A DNA stretch of 64,000 nt from Candidatus Oxydemutator sp. (GTDB taxonomy: Bacteria > Pseudomonadota > Gammaproteobacteria > Poriferisulfidales > Oxydemutatoraceae): NCBI GenBank assembly GCA_965203445.1, contig OZ241883.1, forward strand, positions 512,001 to 576,000, in the 5' to 3' direction. Below, in pieces: positions 1 through 9,483 of this stretch (position 1 is its first letter; each line of letters starts with the position of its first letter). The position numbers and the translations under genes are program-made. Under the pieces are notes generated by a model. That model was not told the DNA's origin. It was given only the letters and a program-made list of their open reading frames with translations, and did not search any database.

Positions 1-159
1 GACGCGCGCCTCGCCGCCGACTACGCCGCCGCTTACGCCAGGCGCGTCGGGCGCCTGCGCGCGTTCGCGCGCAAGGCGGGAGTCGGCTTTTTGCAGTGCC
101 ACACCGACGACGAGCCGCTCGCCGTGCTGCAACGCTATTTCGGCACGCGCCGCCGTTGA
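1..159 (+). CDS. 3' end of DUF58-family (MoxR-associated) protein, partial
   Basis: Open frame from base 1 (..RLRAFARKAGVGFLQCHTDDEPLAVLQRYFGTRRR*) resembles DUF58 C-termini; it lies upstream of DUF4381-batA-batB-batD, the canonical moxR operon order. Confidence 0.7.
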   Translation, partial: DARLAADYAAAYARRVGRLRAFARKAGVGFLQCHTDDEPLAVLQRYFGTRRR

Positions 160-284
160 TCGCCTCGCCGCCGATCCCATTCATCTCCCCAAACGGGGCG
201 TTTCGTCGGCCGTTTTTGAGACCGCGATCCGGCGTCCGTTAGCCTCGGGCACATTCCATTGACCCTACTCGAAGGAGAGAAAAC

Positions 285-821
285 ATGAAAAAACTACTGG
301 CAATCGCGGCGCTTTCGATGATCGCGTCGGGCGCCACAGGTGCTGGGCCTGAGCGGGGAATTGATTCCGTGGGCATGACGGCGGCGGCGCATACGCCGGC
401 TTCGCCGGAAAGTCAGAGTCCCCCGGTGTTGTCGCCCAGCCGCATGCCCTCGACGTTCGACGGCCTCGCCACGGCCGCGGGCGGTTTCCGCCTGGCGAAG
501 GCCAGGGACGCGAACGGGGATTACCTGCTCCTGATGAAGGACAACAACCACGTCTGCGACTTCCGGAGCGGCAAGACCTGCCGGCAAGCGGGGAGCGCCG
601 GCCAACAACGGCGAAACGGCTGGTACGGAAGCGACGGCGAACTGGGATTCACCGGCGCTACCTATACGTTGACCTGGGACGGCCTGGTCGGATCCAAAAA
701 CTTCAGGGAGCGAATGCCGACCGACAGAGCGACCTGCTACGCATCGGGGAACTACCGGGCTTGTCGGCGCTACCAGCTGACCCGGATCAGGAACGAGCCG
801 ATAAACCACGAATGGCAGTGA
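285..821 (+). CDS. Hypothetical secreted protein (signal peptide, 4 Cys)
   Basis: Strong SD (GAAGGAGAG) upstream; MKKLLAIAALSMIASGATG signal peptide; no family recognised. Confidence 0.7.
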   Translation: MKKLLAIAALSMIASGATGAGPERGIDSVGMTAAAHTPASPESQSPPVLSPSRMPSTFDGLATAAGGFRLAKARDANGDYLLLMKDNNHVCDFRSGKTCRQAGSAGQQRRNGWYGSDGELGFTGATYTLTWDGLVGSKNFRERMPTDRATCYASGNYRACRRYQLTRIRNEPINHEWQ

Positions 822-921
822 CGCCTGAGCGGCAACGACGGGGCGCGCGGATCAACGCACGCGGCGAGGCGCGCGGGCGACGGCCCGAAGCGACGCGCGT
901 GTAATTTCGGAGTTAATATAC

Positions 922-949
922 TTGACACCACTAAAAACATATATAAAAT
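922..949 (+). promoter_or_regulatory. sigma70 promoter for the IS1595 transposase/MTase
   Basis: TTGACA (922-927), 16-bp spacer, TAAAAT (944-949); the -35 overlaps the left TIR. Confidence 0.6.
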
Positions 950-983
950 GGTCTCTATCTAATCAACAAGCGAGGTAGAGACC

Positions 984-1466
984 GTGAAAGAATATGACAG
1001 TCTGACGGATCTGCTCAAGGCGTTTCCAACAGAGGCCGCCTGCGTTAAGCATTTGGAAGGCGTGCGGTGGCCGGTGGGGGTCGTCTGCCCCCACTGCACG
1101 AGCGCGCGCAAGATTTACCGCGTGTCGCGTGGACACGGCTACAAGTGTGGTGATTGTAAGAAAGGGTTTTCCGTCCGCAAAGGAACCATCTTCGAGGAAA
1201 GCCGCCTGCCCCTGCAAAAGTGGTTCGCAACCATTTGGATGGTTACCACCGATCGCAAGGGGATCAGCAGCCACCAGTTGGCCCGCGAGATTGGCGTAAC
1301 GCAAAAAACCGCATGGTTCATGCTTGGCAGATTGCGTGAGGTTGCAGACGGCATTAACAACGGGGATGGCCTGATGGACGGAGTGGTTGAGGTTGATGAA
1401 ACATGTATCGGTGGTAAGGAGAGAAACAAAGGGAACCGCCTTAGCTACCACGACCTGAACAGTTGA
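984..1466 (+). pseudogene. IS1595-family transposase with in-frame internal deletion of most of the DDE domain
   Basis: Zn ribbon (CPHC..CGDC), HTH (GISSHQLAREIGVTQKTAWFM) and VEVDET(C)IGG motif are joined directly to the typical C-terminal tail GNRLSYHDL; only 160 aa. Confidence 0.85.
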
Positions 1467-2281
1467 TGGTTGATAGCCCACTGCATATTCCGATGGGGTT
1501 TCACGACCTGCTGGCCGAGACAGTTGGTCGTGTGCGCCCGTCGCTGATGAAGCGCTGGCTGAACAAGGTGCACAAAGGCGACTGCCTGAAAATCATGCCG
1601 CGTATGCCGGCGGAGTCCGTCGGGTTGATAGTTACCAGTCCGCCTTATAACATCAAGAACAGTACGGGCAACGGTCTGAAAAACGGCAGCGGCGGCAAGT
1701 GGCCAAATGCCCGGCTGATGGAAGGCTACGAGGAACACGACGACACGATGCCACACGACGAGTACGTGCAATGGCAGCGTGACTGCCTGTCGGCGATGAT
1801 GCGCGTGTTGCGCCCCGACGGGGCAATTTACTACAACCATAAGTGGCGCGTTCAGAATGGTCTTTTGCAGAACCGTGAGGATATTGTCAGAGGGTTTCCG
1901 GTGCGTCAGATTGTTGTATGGAAACGCGCGGGCGGGATAAACTTCAATCGAGGTTATTACCTACCCAACTACGAAGTGATTTATCTGATTGCAAAGCCGC
2001 AATTCAAATTACGTCCGAAAGCAAACGCATACGGCGCCGTGTGGGAGATACCCCAAGAAACGAACAACCCGCACCCTGCACCATTCCCCGTTGAGTTGGC
2101 GCAACGTTGTATTCAATCCACAACTGCTGACATCATCCTCGACCCATTCATGGGCAGCGGGACGACGGCCATCGCGGCGGAAGCGTGCGGACGCGAGTGG
2201 ATTGGCATAGAGAGAGGTGGCGGATATTGCAAATTAGCCCGTGAGCGTATAAACGCGGCACGTCGTTTCACTCTACTATGA
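1463..2281 (+). CDS. Site-specific DNA methyltransferase, beta class (N4-C/N6-A), orphan
   Basis: TSPPY catalytic motif precedes HPAPFP and the DPFMGSGTT SAM-binding motif; start overlaps the transposase stop. Confidence 0.9.
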   Translation: MMVDSPLHIPMGFHDLLAETVGRVRPSLMKRWLNKVHKGDCLKIMPRMPAESVGLIVTSPPYNIKNSTGNGLKNGSGGKWPNARLMEGYEEHDDTMPHDEYVQWQRDCLSAMMRVLRPDGAIYYNHKWRVQNGLLQNREDIVRGFPVRQIVVWKRAGGINFNRGYYLPNYEVIYLIAKPQFKLRPKANAYGAVWEIPQETNNPHPAPFPVELAQRCIQSTTADIILDPFMGSGTTAIAAEACGREWIGIERGGGYCKLARERINAARRFTLL

Positions 2282-2394
2282 ACAGGCAGAGTTGTTTGAG
2301 CGGTTGCGCGAAGTGTTGCGCAAGAGAAACTACACCAGGTATATTAACCCCATAATTTCATTCCGAACCCGTTGCAGGAACCCGAACCGGGCCT

Positions 2395-2916
2395 ATGGAT
2401 CCAACCAGCGATTTGCTTGTCGGTTTGCGCGACATTCATCTGCCGGACGCGGTGCCGTGGTGGCCGCCGGCGCCGTCGTGGTGGCTGCTGGCGGCGGCGG
2501 TAGCGCTCGCCGCGGGCTACTTCGTCCTGCGCCGCCGGCGCGCGCGCGCCACGCCGCCGGAGTCGGCGCGACGCGCCGCGTTGCGCGAATTCAATTCGTT
2601 GCGGCGGCGGTTTTTTACCGGCGGCGACGCCCATGCGTTGCTCGCCGGCTTGTCGACTTTGTTGCGACGCACCGCGATGAGTATGGCGTCGCGCCGCGAG
2701 GTTGCGGCGCTGACCGGGGAGCAGTGGCTGGCGTGGCTCGACCGGCAGGCGGGGTGCGAACTGTTCGCGCGCGGCGCGGCACGCGCGATTGCCGACGCGC
2801 CGTATCGGGCGCAGAGCGACGCCGACGTGCGCGAGGTGTTGCGCGCGTGCGAGACGTGGCTTGATCTGGTGTCGCGCCACGAGCAGACCCCCGGGCCGCC
2901 CCCCGGGCAAGACTGA
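2395..2916 (+). CDS. DUF4381 domain protein
   Basis: LRDIHLPDAVPWWPPAPSWW motif and LTGEQWLAWLD motif; bat operon context. Confidence 0.85.
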   Translation: MDPTSDLLVGLRDIHLPDAVPWWPPAPSWWLLAAAVALAAGYFVLRRRRARATPPESARRAALREFNSLRRRFFTGGDAHALLAGLSTLLRRTAMSMASRREVAALTGEQWLAWLDRQAGCELFARGAARAIADAPYRAQSDADVREVLRACETWLDLVSRHEQTPGPPPGQD

Positions 2917-2996
2917 CGCGCCGGCGCCTGGCGTCGGTTGGCGGCGATGCCGCGGCCATGCTCCGGCGCCGTTTTCGGCGTGCTACAGTACGCCGG

Positions 2997-3974
2997 ATGA
3001 TCCACTTTGAATGGTCGTGGGCCTACGCGCTGTTGGCTTTGCCGTTGTTGTTCCGCTGGTTGTTGAAGCCGGTGCAGAGCACGCGCCAGGCCGCGTTGCG
3101 CGTGCCTTTCCTGTCTGATTTCGAGCGCCCGCACCAGCGCCGCGGGGGCTTGTCGCGCCGTCTGCTGCCGGCGTTGGCGGCACTCGCCTGGCTGCTGTTC
3201 ATCGCGGCGCTGTCGCGCCCGCAATGGCTCGGCGAATACGCGCAGGCGCCGGTCAGCGGGCGCGATCTGATGCTCGCGGTGGACGTCTCCGGCAGCATGA
3301 AGGAGAACGATTTCGTCATCGGCGGCACGCGCGTGAGCCGCATGGAAGCGGCACGGGTGGTCGGCGGCGATTTCATCCGGCGGCGCGAGGGAGACCGCCT
3401 CGGCCTGATCGTGTTCGGCGGGCGCCCGTATCTGCAAATGCCGCTGAGCTTCGACGTCAAGGCGGTCGGCAAAATGATAGACGAGGTTTTCATCGGCCTG
3501 GCCGAGGAGAAGGAGACCGCAATCGGCGACGCCATCGGCCTGGCGCTCAAGCGCCTGCGCCGCCAGCACGGCGAGCGCGTGCTGATTCTGCTGACCGACG
3601 GCGCCAACAACGCCGGGCGCCTGTCGCCGCTGGTCGCGGCCGACCTCGCGGCCAAGGAGGGCATGAAGATCTACACCATAGGCATCGGCGCGGACGCCGG
3701 GATGCCGGGCAATCTCGGCTTCTTCGGGCGCAGCCGTCTCGACGAGAAGACGCTGAAGGCTATCGCCGATAAGACCGGCGGACGTTACTTCCGCGCCAGG
3801 AACACGCCGGAGCTGGCCGAGATCTACCGCGTGCTCGATCAAATCGAGGTGGTCGAGCACGACCCGGAAACGTTTCGCACGCGCCGCGCGCTCTACCCGT
3901 GGCCGCTGGCCTCGGCGCTGCTGGTCGCGGCGCTCTTGTTGTTGTTGCGCAAAGGACGCCCGCGCGCGTCATGA
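2997..3974 (+). CDS. batA: BatA-like VWA domain protein
   Basis: MIHFEWSWAY N-terminus; MIDAS DVSGSM, TAIGDAIG and LLTDG motifs. Confidence 0.85.
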   Translation: MIHFEWSWAYALLALPLLFRWLLKPVQSTRQAALRVPFLSDFERPHQRRGGLSRRLLPALAALAWLLFIAALSRPQWLGEYAQAPVSGRDLMLAVDVSGSMKENDFVIGGTRVSRMEAARVVGGDFIRRREGDRLGLIVFGGRPYLQMPLSFDVKAVGKMIDEVFIGLAEEKETAIGDAIGLALKRLRRQHGERVLILLTDGANNAGRLSPLVAADLAAKEGMKIYTIGIGADAGMPGNLGFFGRSRLDEKTLKAIADKTGGRYFRARNTPELAEIYRVLDQIEVVEHDPETFRTRRALYPWPLASALLVAALLLLLRKGRPRAS

Positions 3975-5698
3975 TCGCCCTCGACGACTTTCATTTTCTG
4001 CGCCCGGCATGGTTCGCGGCGTTGCTGCCGCTGGCGGCGCTGCTCGCGTGGCTGGCGCGTGGCGGCGTCTCGGGCGGCGGCTGGGAGAAGTTCTGCGACC
4101 GCCATCTGCTGCCGTTCATCCTGGTCGGGCACTCTCTCGCCCGGCGGCGCTCCTCGCTGGCCGTGATCGCGCTCGCCGGCGTCGTCGCCATCACGGCGCT
4201 GGCCGGGCCGGCGTGGGAGCGCCTGCCGCAGCCGGTGTTCCGCGACCGCGCCGCGCTGGTCATGGCGCTCGACCTGTCGCGCTCGATGGACGCGACCGAC
4301 GTCGCGCCGAGCCGGCTCGCGCGCGCGCGTTTCAAGATCAGCGACCTGCTCGCGCGCCGCAAGTCCGGGCAGACGGCGCTCGTCGTCTATGCCGCGCGGG
4401 CGTTCGTCGTCGTGCCGCTGACCGACGACAACGACGCGCTCGCGCTCTACCTGCAATCGCTGAGCACCGACCTGCTGCCGGAACAGAGCAGCCGCCCCGA
4501 CCGCGCGTTGCAGGAGGCCGGCGCGCTGCTGATGCAATCCGGCGTGCGGCGCGGCGACGTGCTGCTCGTCAGCGACTACGCCGACGCGCGCGCCCACGCC
4601 GAGGCGCGCCATCTTGCCGCCAAGGGCTACCGGCTGTCGGTGTTGGGCGTCGGCACCGACGACGGCGCGCCAGTGCCGCTGGCGTCGGGCGACTTCCTGA
4701 CCGAGGGCGGCCACCCCGTCGTCTCGACGTTGGCCGAAGACGAGTTGCAGGCTTTGGCGCGCGCCGGCGGCGGTATCTATCGGCACCTCAATCTGGCGGG
4801 CGACGACGACGCGATGGATTTGGCGGCGTGGCTGAAGTCGGCGCCGCAACCGCAGGGAGAGGAACCCGTCGCCGAGGACACCGCGGTAACCGACGTCTGG
4901 CGCGAGCGCGGCCCGTGGTTGTTGTTGTTGCTGGTGCCGCTGGCGGCGGCGTTTCGGCGCGGCGTGTTGGTCGTCGCCGTCGCCGCGTTGCTGCCGTGGC
5001 CACCGGACGCCCGGGCGCTCGACTGGGACGGCTTGTGGCTGCGCCCCGACCAGCAGGCGGCGCGCGCGTTGGAGGAAGGCGACGCCGAGAGCGCCGCGCG
5101 GCTGTTCGAGGACGCGCGCTGGAAGGCCGCCGCGCAATATCGCAACGAGGACTTCGGAGAGGCCGCGCGCACGCTGGCGCCGTTCGACGCCGCCGACGAC
5201 CTGTACAACCGGGGCAACGCGCTGGCCAGATCCGGCGCGCTCAAGGAGGCCGTCGCCGCCTACAAAGGCGCGCTCGAACTGCGCCCGGACATGGAGGACG
5301 CGCAACACAACCTGCGCCTGGTCGAGCAGCTGATGCAACAGATGCAACAGCAGCAGCAGCAGCAGCAGCAGCAAAGCGGCGGCGAGCAGCGCCAGGACCA
5401 GGAACAGCGGCAACAAGAGCAGCGACAATCCGACGACAAGCAGCAACGGGAAGGAGCACAACAACCAAGCCCGCCCGCCGACGCCGCCGCCAAACGACGG
5501 CAGGCCGCCGAGGCCGAGGGAGACGCGGCCGAGGCCGACGCCGCCGCGCAGACCGTAGGCGAGGACGAGCAGGCCATCGAGCAATATCTGCGCCGCATCT
5601 CGGACGACCCGCGCCGCCTGCTGCAACGCAAACTGCACCACATGAGTCGGCAGAAGCAGCGCCAGGGCGACGGCACCGCGGGGGATTCGCCGTGGTGA
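3971..5698 (+). CDS. BatB/BatC-like VWA plus TPR protein
   Basis: FHFLRPAW start, DLSRSM MIDAS, YNRGNALA TPR, poly-Q linker, LRRISDDPRRLLQRK tail; ATGA overlap with batA. Confidence 0.85.
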   Translation: MIALDDFHFLRPAWFAALLPLAALLAWLARGGVSGGGWEKFCDRHLLPFILVGHSLARRRSSLAVIALAGVVAITALAGPAWERLPQPVFRDRAALVMALDLSRSMDATDVAPSRLARARFKISDLLARRKSGQTALVVYAARAFVVVPLTDDNDALALYLQSLSTDLLPEQSSRPDRALQEAGALLMQSGVRRGDVLLVSDYADARAHAEARHLAAKGYRLSVLGVGTDDGAPVPLASGDFLTEGGHPVVSTLAEDELQALARAGGGIYRHLNLAGDDDAMDLAAWLKSAPQPQGEEPVAEDTAVTDVWRERGPWLLLLLVPLAAAFRRGVLVVAVAALLPWPPDARALDWDGLWLRPDQQAARALEEGDAESAARLFEDARWKAAAQYRNEDFGEAARTLAPFDAADDLYNRGNALARSGALKEAVAAYKGALELRPDMEDAQHNLRLVEQLMQQMQQQQQQQQQQSGGEQRQDQEQRQQEQRQSDDKQQREGAQQPSPPADAAAKRRQAAEAEGDAAEADAAAQTVGEDEQAIEQYLRRISDDPRRLLQRKLHHMSRQKQRQGDGTAGDSPW

Positions 5699-7035
5699 GG
5701 CGCGCGCTTGCGTCGCTGTGCCTCGGCGCGGCGTGGCTGGGCGCCGGCGCCCAGCCGGGCAAAGACATCTATCTCGAGACCGAAATCCGCCCGCCGACTC
5801 CGTACGTCCAGCAGCAGGCGCTGTTCATCCTGCGCGTGTTCACGGCCAAGGCGCTGAACGGTTCGGTCACGCAGCTGGCGCCGCAAGGCGACGCCGTCGT
5901 CCACCAGGCCGGCAAGATGCAACGTAGCCGCGCCAACGTGCACGGCAAAAATTACCAGGTGTTCGAGCAACGCACGCTGTTCTTCGCGCAGAAAAGCGGC
6001 GTGCTACAGTTCGCGCCGATCATGCTGAGCGGCAACTACGTCGAGAACAACCGGCGCTTCGGCGTGCGCGAGCAATCGCAGCCGGTGCGCGTCGCCGTGC
6101 GTCCGGCACCGGCGTCCTTCCCCGGCGGTTTCTGGCTGCCGGCAAAATCGGTGCGCCTCGAGGAGCAGTGGTCGGGCGACCCGGCGGCGTGGCGCGCGGG
6201 CGACCCGCTGACGCGCACGCTGTCGCTGCACGGGCGCGGCGTAGCCGCCAACCAGCTGCCCGAGATCGAGTGGCCGCAGCTTCCGCGCTTCAACGTCTAT
6301 CATGAGAAAGCGCGTCTCGACGAGCGTCTCGACGGCGAGGACTTCGTCGGCGAACGCCGCCGCAACGTGGTGATGATCCCGTCGCGCCCGGGCCGCCACG
6401 TGCTGCCCGCGATCCGGCTGCCGTGGTGGAACACGCTGAGCGACCGCCTCGAATACGCCGAACTGCCGGCGCGCACCATCGAGATCGCCGAGGGCGAGGC
6501 GAGCGTGGTGGTGGCGATGCAGGAGACCCCCGGCGTCGCCGCCTCGCGCACCTCGCCGCCGCCCGCGGCGCGCGCGCACGGCGCGTGGCCGTGGGTAAGC
6601 GCCGCGCTGGCCGCGGCGTGGCTTGCGACGGTCGCGTTTTTTTACCGCACCGCGTGGCTTGGGGCGTGGGCCGCCTTGTTTGGAGCTGGGCGCGGACGCG
6701 GTGCGGGAAGCATCGGCGCGCGCCGCCGCCTCAAGCGCGCGTGCCTTGCGGGCGACGCGCCGGGCGCGGCGCGCGCGCTGGCGGACTGGGCACAACTCGC
6801 CTGGGCACTGCCGGCATCGGCGACGCCGGCGACCATCGCCGCCCACGCCGCGGCCGCGGGCGACAACGATCTGCAACGCGCGCTGGCGGCCCTGGACAGG
6901 GCCCTCTACGGCAACGACGGGCAATGGTCGGGCGCGTCCTTGTGGCGGGCTTTTTGTGCTTTCCGCCCGGAGCGCGCGACGCCGCCCAATCGAAAACCCG
7001 ACGAAGGCGGCCTGGAGGCATTGCACAAACTGTAG
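5695..7035 (+). CDS. batD: BatD-family protein
   Basis: GTGA-coupled start, signal peptide, PYVQQQ, FWLPAKSV, GDPLTRTL and LPWWNT motifs. Confidence 0.8.
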   Translation: MRRALASLCLGAAWLGAGAQPGKDIYLETEIRPPTPYVQQQALFILRVFTAKALNGSVTQLAPQGDAVVHQAGKMQRSRANVHGKNYQVFEQRTLFFAQKSGVLQFAPIMLSGNYVENNRRFGVREQSQPVRVAVRPAPASFPGGFWLPAKSVRLEEQWSGDPAAWRAGDPLTRTLSLHGRGVAANQLPEIEWPQLPRFNVYHEKARLDERLDGEDFVGERRRNVVMIPSRPGRHVLPAIRLPWWNTLSDRLEYAELPARTIEIAEGEASVVVAMQETPGVAASRTSPPPAARAHGAWPWVSAALAAAWLATVAFFYRTAWLGAWAALFGAGRGRGAGSIGARRRLKRACLAGDAPGAARALADWAQLAWALPASATPATIAAHAAAAGDNDLQRALAALDRALYGNDGQWSGASLWRAFCAFRPERATPPNRKPDEGGLEALHKL

Positions 7036-7128
7036 GGTGCCGCACGTGTTCGCTCATTCGCTGACAAAAGATCCCTGGTTTGTCTCGGCGTTTTGCCGTC
7101 GAGCGCCTGGCGCGGACAGGCCGCGGCG

Positions 7129-7830
7129 ATGACCGATTTCAGCTCGGCGCTGACCACGGCGCTGTCGCTGGTGGCGAGTCTTGACGCCGCCCTGATCGAG
7201 ATTATCGCGCTGTCGCTGAAGGTGAGCCTGAGCGCGGTGGCGGCGGCGGCCATAATCGGGCTGCCGGCGGGCGCGCTGCTTGCGGTCGGGCGTTTCCCCA
7301 CGCGCCGCTTCTGGATCAACCTGTTGAACGCCTTCATGGGGCTGCCGCCGGTCGTCGTCGGGTTGACGGTGTATCTGATTTTGTCGCGCGCCGGGCCGCT
7401 CGGGCCGCTGGGGCTGCTGTACACGCCGGCGGCGATGATCATCGCCCAGACGCTGCTGATCCTGCCGATCATCGCGGCGCTCACCTGCGCCACCGTGCAG
7501 GCCCTGGACGACGAGTACCGCGAGCAACTGCAATCGCTCGGCAGCCGCACGCTGGCGACCGCGCGCACGCTGCTGTGGGAGGGACGCTTCGGGCTGCTGA
7601 CGGCGGTGCTCGCCGGTTTCGGGCGCGGCAACGCCGAGGTCGGCGCGGTGTTGATCGTCGGCGGCAACATCAACCATTCAACGCGCGTGATGACGACGAC
7701 GATCGCGCTGGAGACGAGCAAGGGGAACCTGTCGCTGGCGCTCGCGCTCGGCCTGATCCTGATCCTGATCTCGCTGCTGGTGGCGTCGGCGGCGCAGTGG
7801 CTGCACGGCAGCGCGGTGCGCACGGCCTGA
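7129..7830 (+). CDS. tupB: Tungstate ABC transporter permease
   Basis: MGLPPVVVGL, GFGRGNAEVGAVLIVGGNI and TRVMTTTIALET motifs. Confidence 0.85.
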   Translation: MTDFSSALTTALSLVASLDAALIEIIALSLKVSLSAVAAAAIIGLPAGALLAVGRFPTRRFWINLLNAFMGLPPVVVGLTVYLILSRAGPLGPLGLLYTPAAMIIAQTLLILPIIAALTCATVQALDDEYREQLQSLGSRTLATARTLLWEGRFGLLTAVLAGFGRGNAEVGAVLIVGGNINHSTRVMTTTIALETSKGNLSLALALGLILILISLLVASAAQWLHGSAVRTA

Positions 7831-7835
7831 GGGCG

Positions 7836-8537
7836 ATGCGGCTCGAGGTCGAACGCCTCGCGTACCGCGCCGGCGGGCGCGCGCTGATCGACGACGTGTG
7901 CTTCACCAGCGCCGGCGGCGACTGCACCGCGCTGCTCGGCGCCAACGGCGCCGGCAAGAGCCTGTTGCTGCGTTTGTGTCACGGCCTGTTGCAGCCGCAC
8001 GGCGGCAGCGTGCGCTGGGACGGGCGCCCGCCGCGCGCGCTCGGCGCCTCGATTACGATGATCTTTCAAAAGCCGGTGACGTTGCGGCGCAGCGTGCGCG
8101 CCAACGTGGCCCACGCGCTGTACCTGCGAGGCACGCCGCGCGCGCGCCGCGCCGCGCGCGTCGAGGCGGCGCTCGAGCTGGTCGGACTTGCGGATTGCGG
8201 CGACCGCCCGGCCGGCGTGCTGTCCGGCGGCCAGCAGCAGCGCCTGGCGATCGCGCGCGCGTGGGCGCTGAAGCCGTCGGTCATGCTGATGGACGAGCCG
8301 ACCGCGCGCCTCGACGTGCGCTCGGCCGAGCGCGTCGAGGGGATCATCCGCGGCCTGCACCGCGCAGGCATCAAGATCGTCGTCACCACGCACGATCTGG
8401 CGCAGGTGCGGCGGCTGTGCGACGAGGTGGTCTTCGTGCACGAGGGACGCCTCGTGCAGCACGCGCGCATGGACGATTTTTTCGCGCGTCCGGCAAACAA
8501 CGTCGTATGCGAGTTCATCCGGTCGCAGACGTTTTGA
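7836..8537 (+). CDS. tupC: Tungstate ABC transporter ATP-binding protein
   Basis: Walker A GANGAGKS, LSGGQQQR signature, Walker B MLMDEPT; lies between tupB and tupA. Confidence 0.85.
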   Translation: MRLEVERLAYRAGGRALIDDVCFTSAGGDCTALLGANGAGKSLLLRLCHGLLQPHGGSVRWDGRPPRALGASITMIFQKPVTLRRSVRANVAHALYLRGTPRARRAARVEAALELVGLADCGDRPAGVLSGGQQQRLAIARAWALKPSVMLMDEPTARLDVRSAERVEGIIRGLHRAGIKIVVTTHDLAQVRRLCDEVVFVHEGRLVQHARMDDFFARPANNVVCEFIRSQTF

Positions 8538-9361
8538 GGCGCGGCGGCGCGGCGCTGGCGGCCGCGCTTTGCACCGCGGCCGCGACGCCGCCGCCGGCGG
8601 TGACGCTGGCCTCGACCACCTCGACCGACAACTCGGGTCTGTATGACCATCTGCTGCCGAAATTCACCGCCGCCACCGGCATCGCGGTGCGCGTGATCGC
8701 GGTCGGCACCGGGCGCGCGCTCAGCATCGGCAGGCGCGGCGACGCCGACGTATTGGTGGTGCACGACCCCGAGGCCGAGCGCGAGTTCGTCGCCGCGGGC
8801 CACGGAGTGGCGCGCGTGCCCTTCATGTACAACGACTTCGTCGTCGTCGGGCCGCGCGCCGACCCGGCCGGCGTGCGCGCCGCGGGCGACGTTTTGGACG
8901 GCCTGAGAATGATCGCGCAAGGCCGCTCGCCGTTCGTCTCGCGCGGCGACGACAGCGGCACGCACAAGAAGGAACTGCGCTTGTGGCGCGCCGCCGGCCT
9001 GGCGCCCGCCACGCCCGCCGCGGCCTGGTACCGCGAGGCCGGCGCCGGCATGGGCGCGGTGCTGAACCTCGCCAACGAACTGCCCGCCTATACGCTGACC
9101 GACCGCGCGACGTGGATCAGTTTTGAAAACCGCGACGCGCTGGTGCTGCTGATCGAAAACCAACCACCGCTCTACAATCCATACAGCGTCATCCGCGTCA
9201 ATCCGCGTCGCCATCCGTCGGTCAACCACGCCGGCGCCGAACGTTTCGCAAAGTGGCTGCGCTCTCCGCGCGCGCACGCCTTGATAGCCGATTACCGCGT
9301 GCGCGGCGTGCAACTGTTCCACCCGCTGGCGAGCGACGCCCCCTCGAGCGCGCCGCGCTGA
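8507..9361 (+). CDS. tupA: Tungstate ABC transporter substrate-binding protein
   Basis: ASTTSTDNSGL, VGTGRAL, FMYNDF and SRGDDSGTH motifs; start codon uncertain. Confidence 0.85.
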   Translation: MRVHPVADVLRRGGAALAAALCTAAATPPPAVTLASTTSTDNSGLYDHLLPKFTAATGIAVRVIAVGTGRALSIGRRGDADVLVVHDPEAEREFVAAGHGVARVPFMYNDFVVVGPRADPAGVRAAGDVLDGLRMIAQGRSPFVSRGDDSGTHKKELRLWRAAGLAPATPAAAWYREAGAGMGAVLNLANELPAYTLTDRATWISFENRDALVLLIENQPPLYNPYSVIRVNPRRHPSVNHAGAERFAKWLRSPRAHALIADYRVRGVQLFHPLASDAPSSAPR

Positions 9362-9483
9362 GGCGCCCCGTCCCCGGTTATTGCCGCCCGTTTTTCACCA
9401 AGCTCCCGCTTTCGCGGCTGATTCCCGAACGGCTTTCGGCGCACGCGCCGCCGGCCGGCGCGACCTGGCGTACAATTCCCCCG

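Larger units (their letters stand above)
909..2351 (+). mobile_element. IS1595-family non-autonomous element carrying a DNA methyltransferase passenger
   Basis: TIRs GGAGTTAATATACTTG (909-924) and CAGGTATATTAACCCC (2336-2351) match 14/16; flanks GTAATTTC (901-908) and ATAATTTC (2352-2359) form a 7/8 8-bp TSD; IS1595-type transposase inside. Confidence 0.85.

Noticed and set aside
5335-5375. CAG/CAA poly-glutamine tract
   Set aside because: Q-rich linkers are normal in BatB/BatC TPR proteins, and a triplet repeat does not shift the frame.
4009-5694. 1008-aa ORF 4009-7035 as a single protein
   Set aside because: The N-terminal ~560 aa is an Arg/Ala/Gly-rich shadow frame over batB; only the part from about 5695 looks like BatD.
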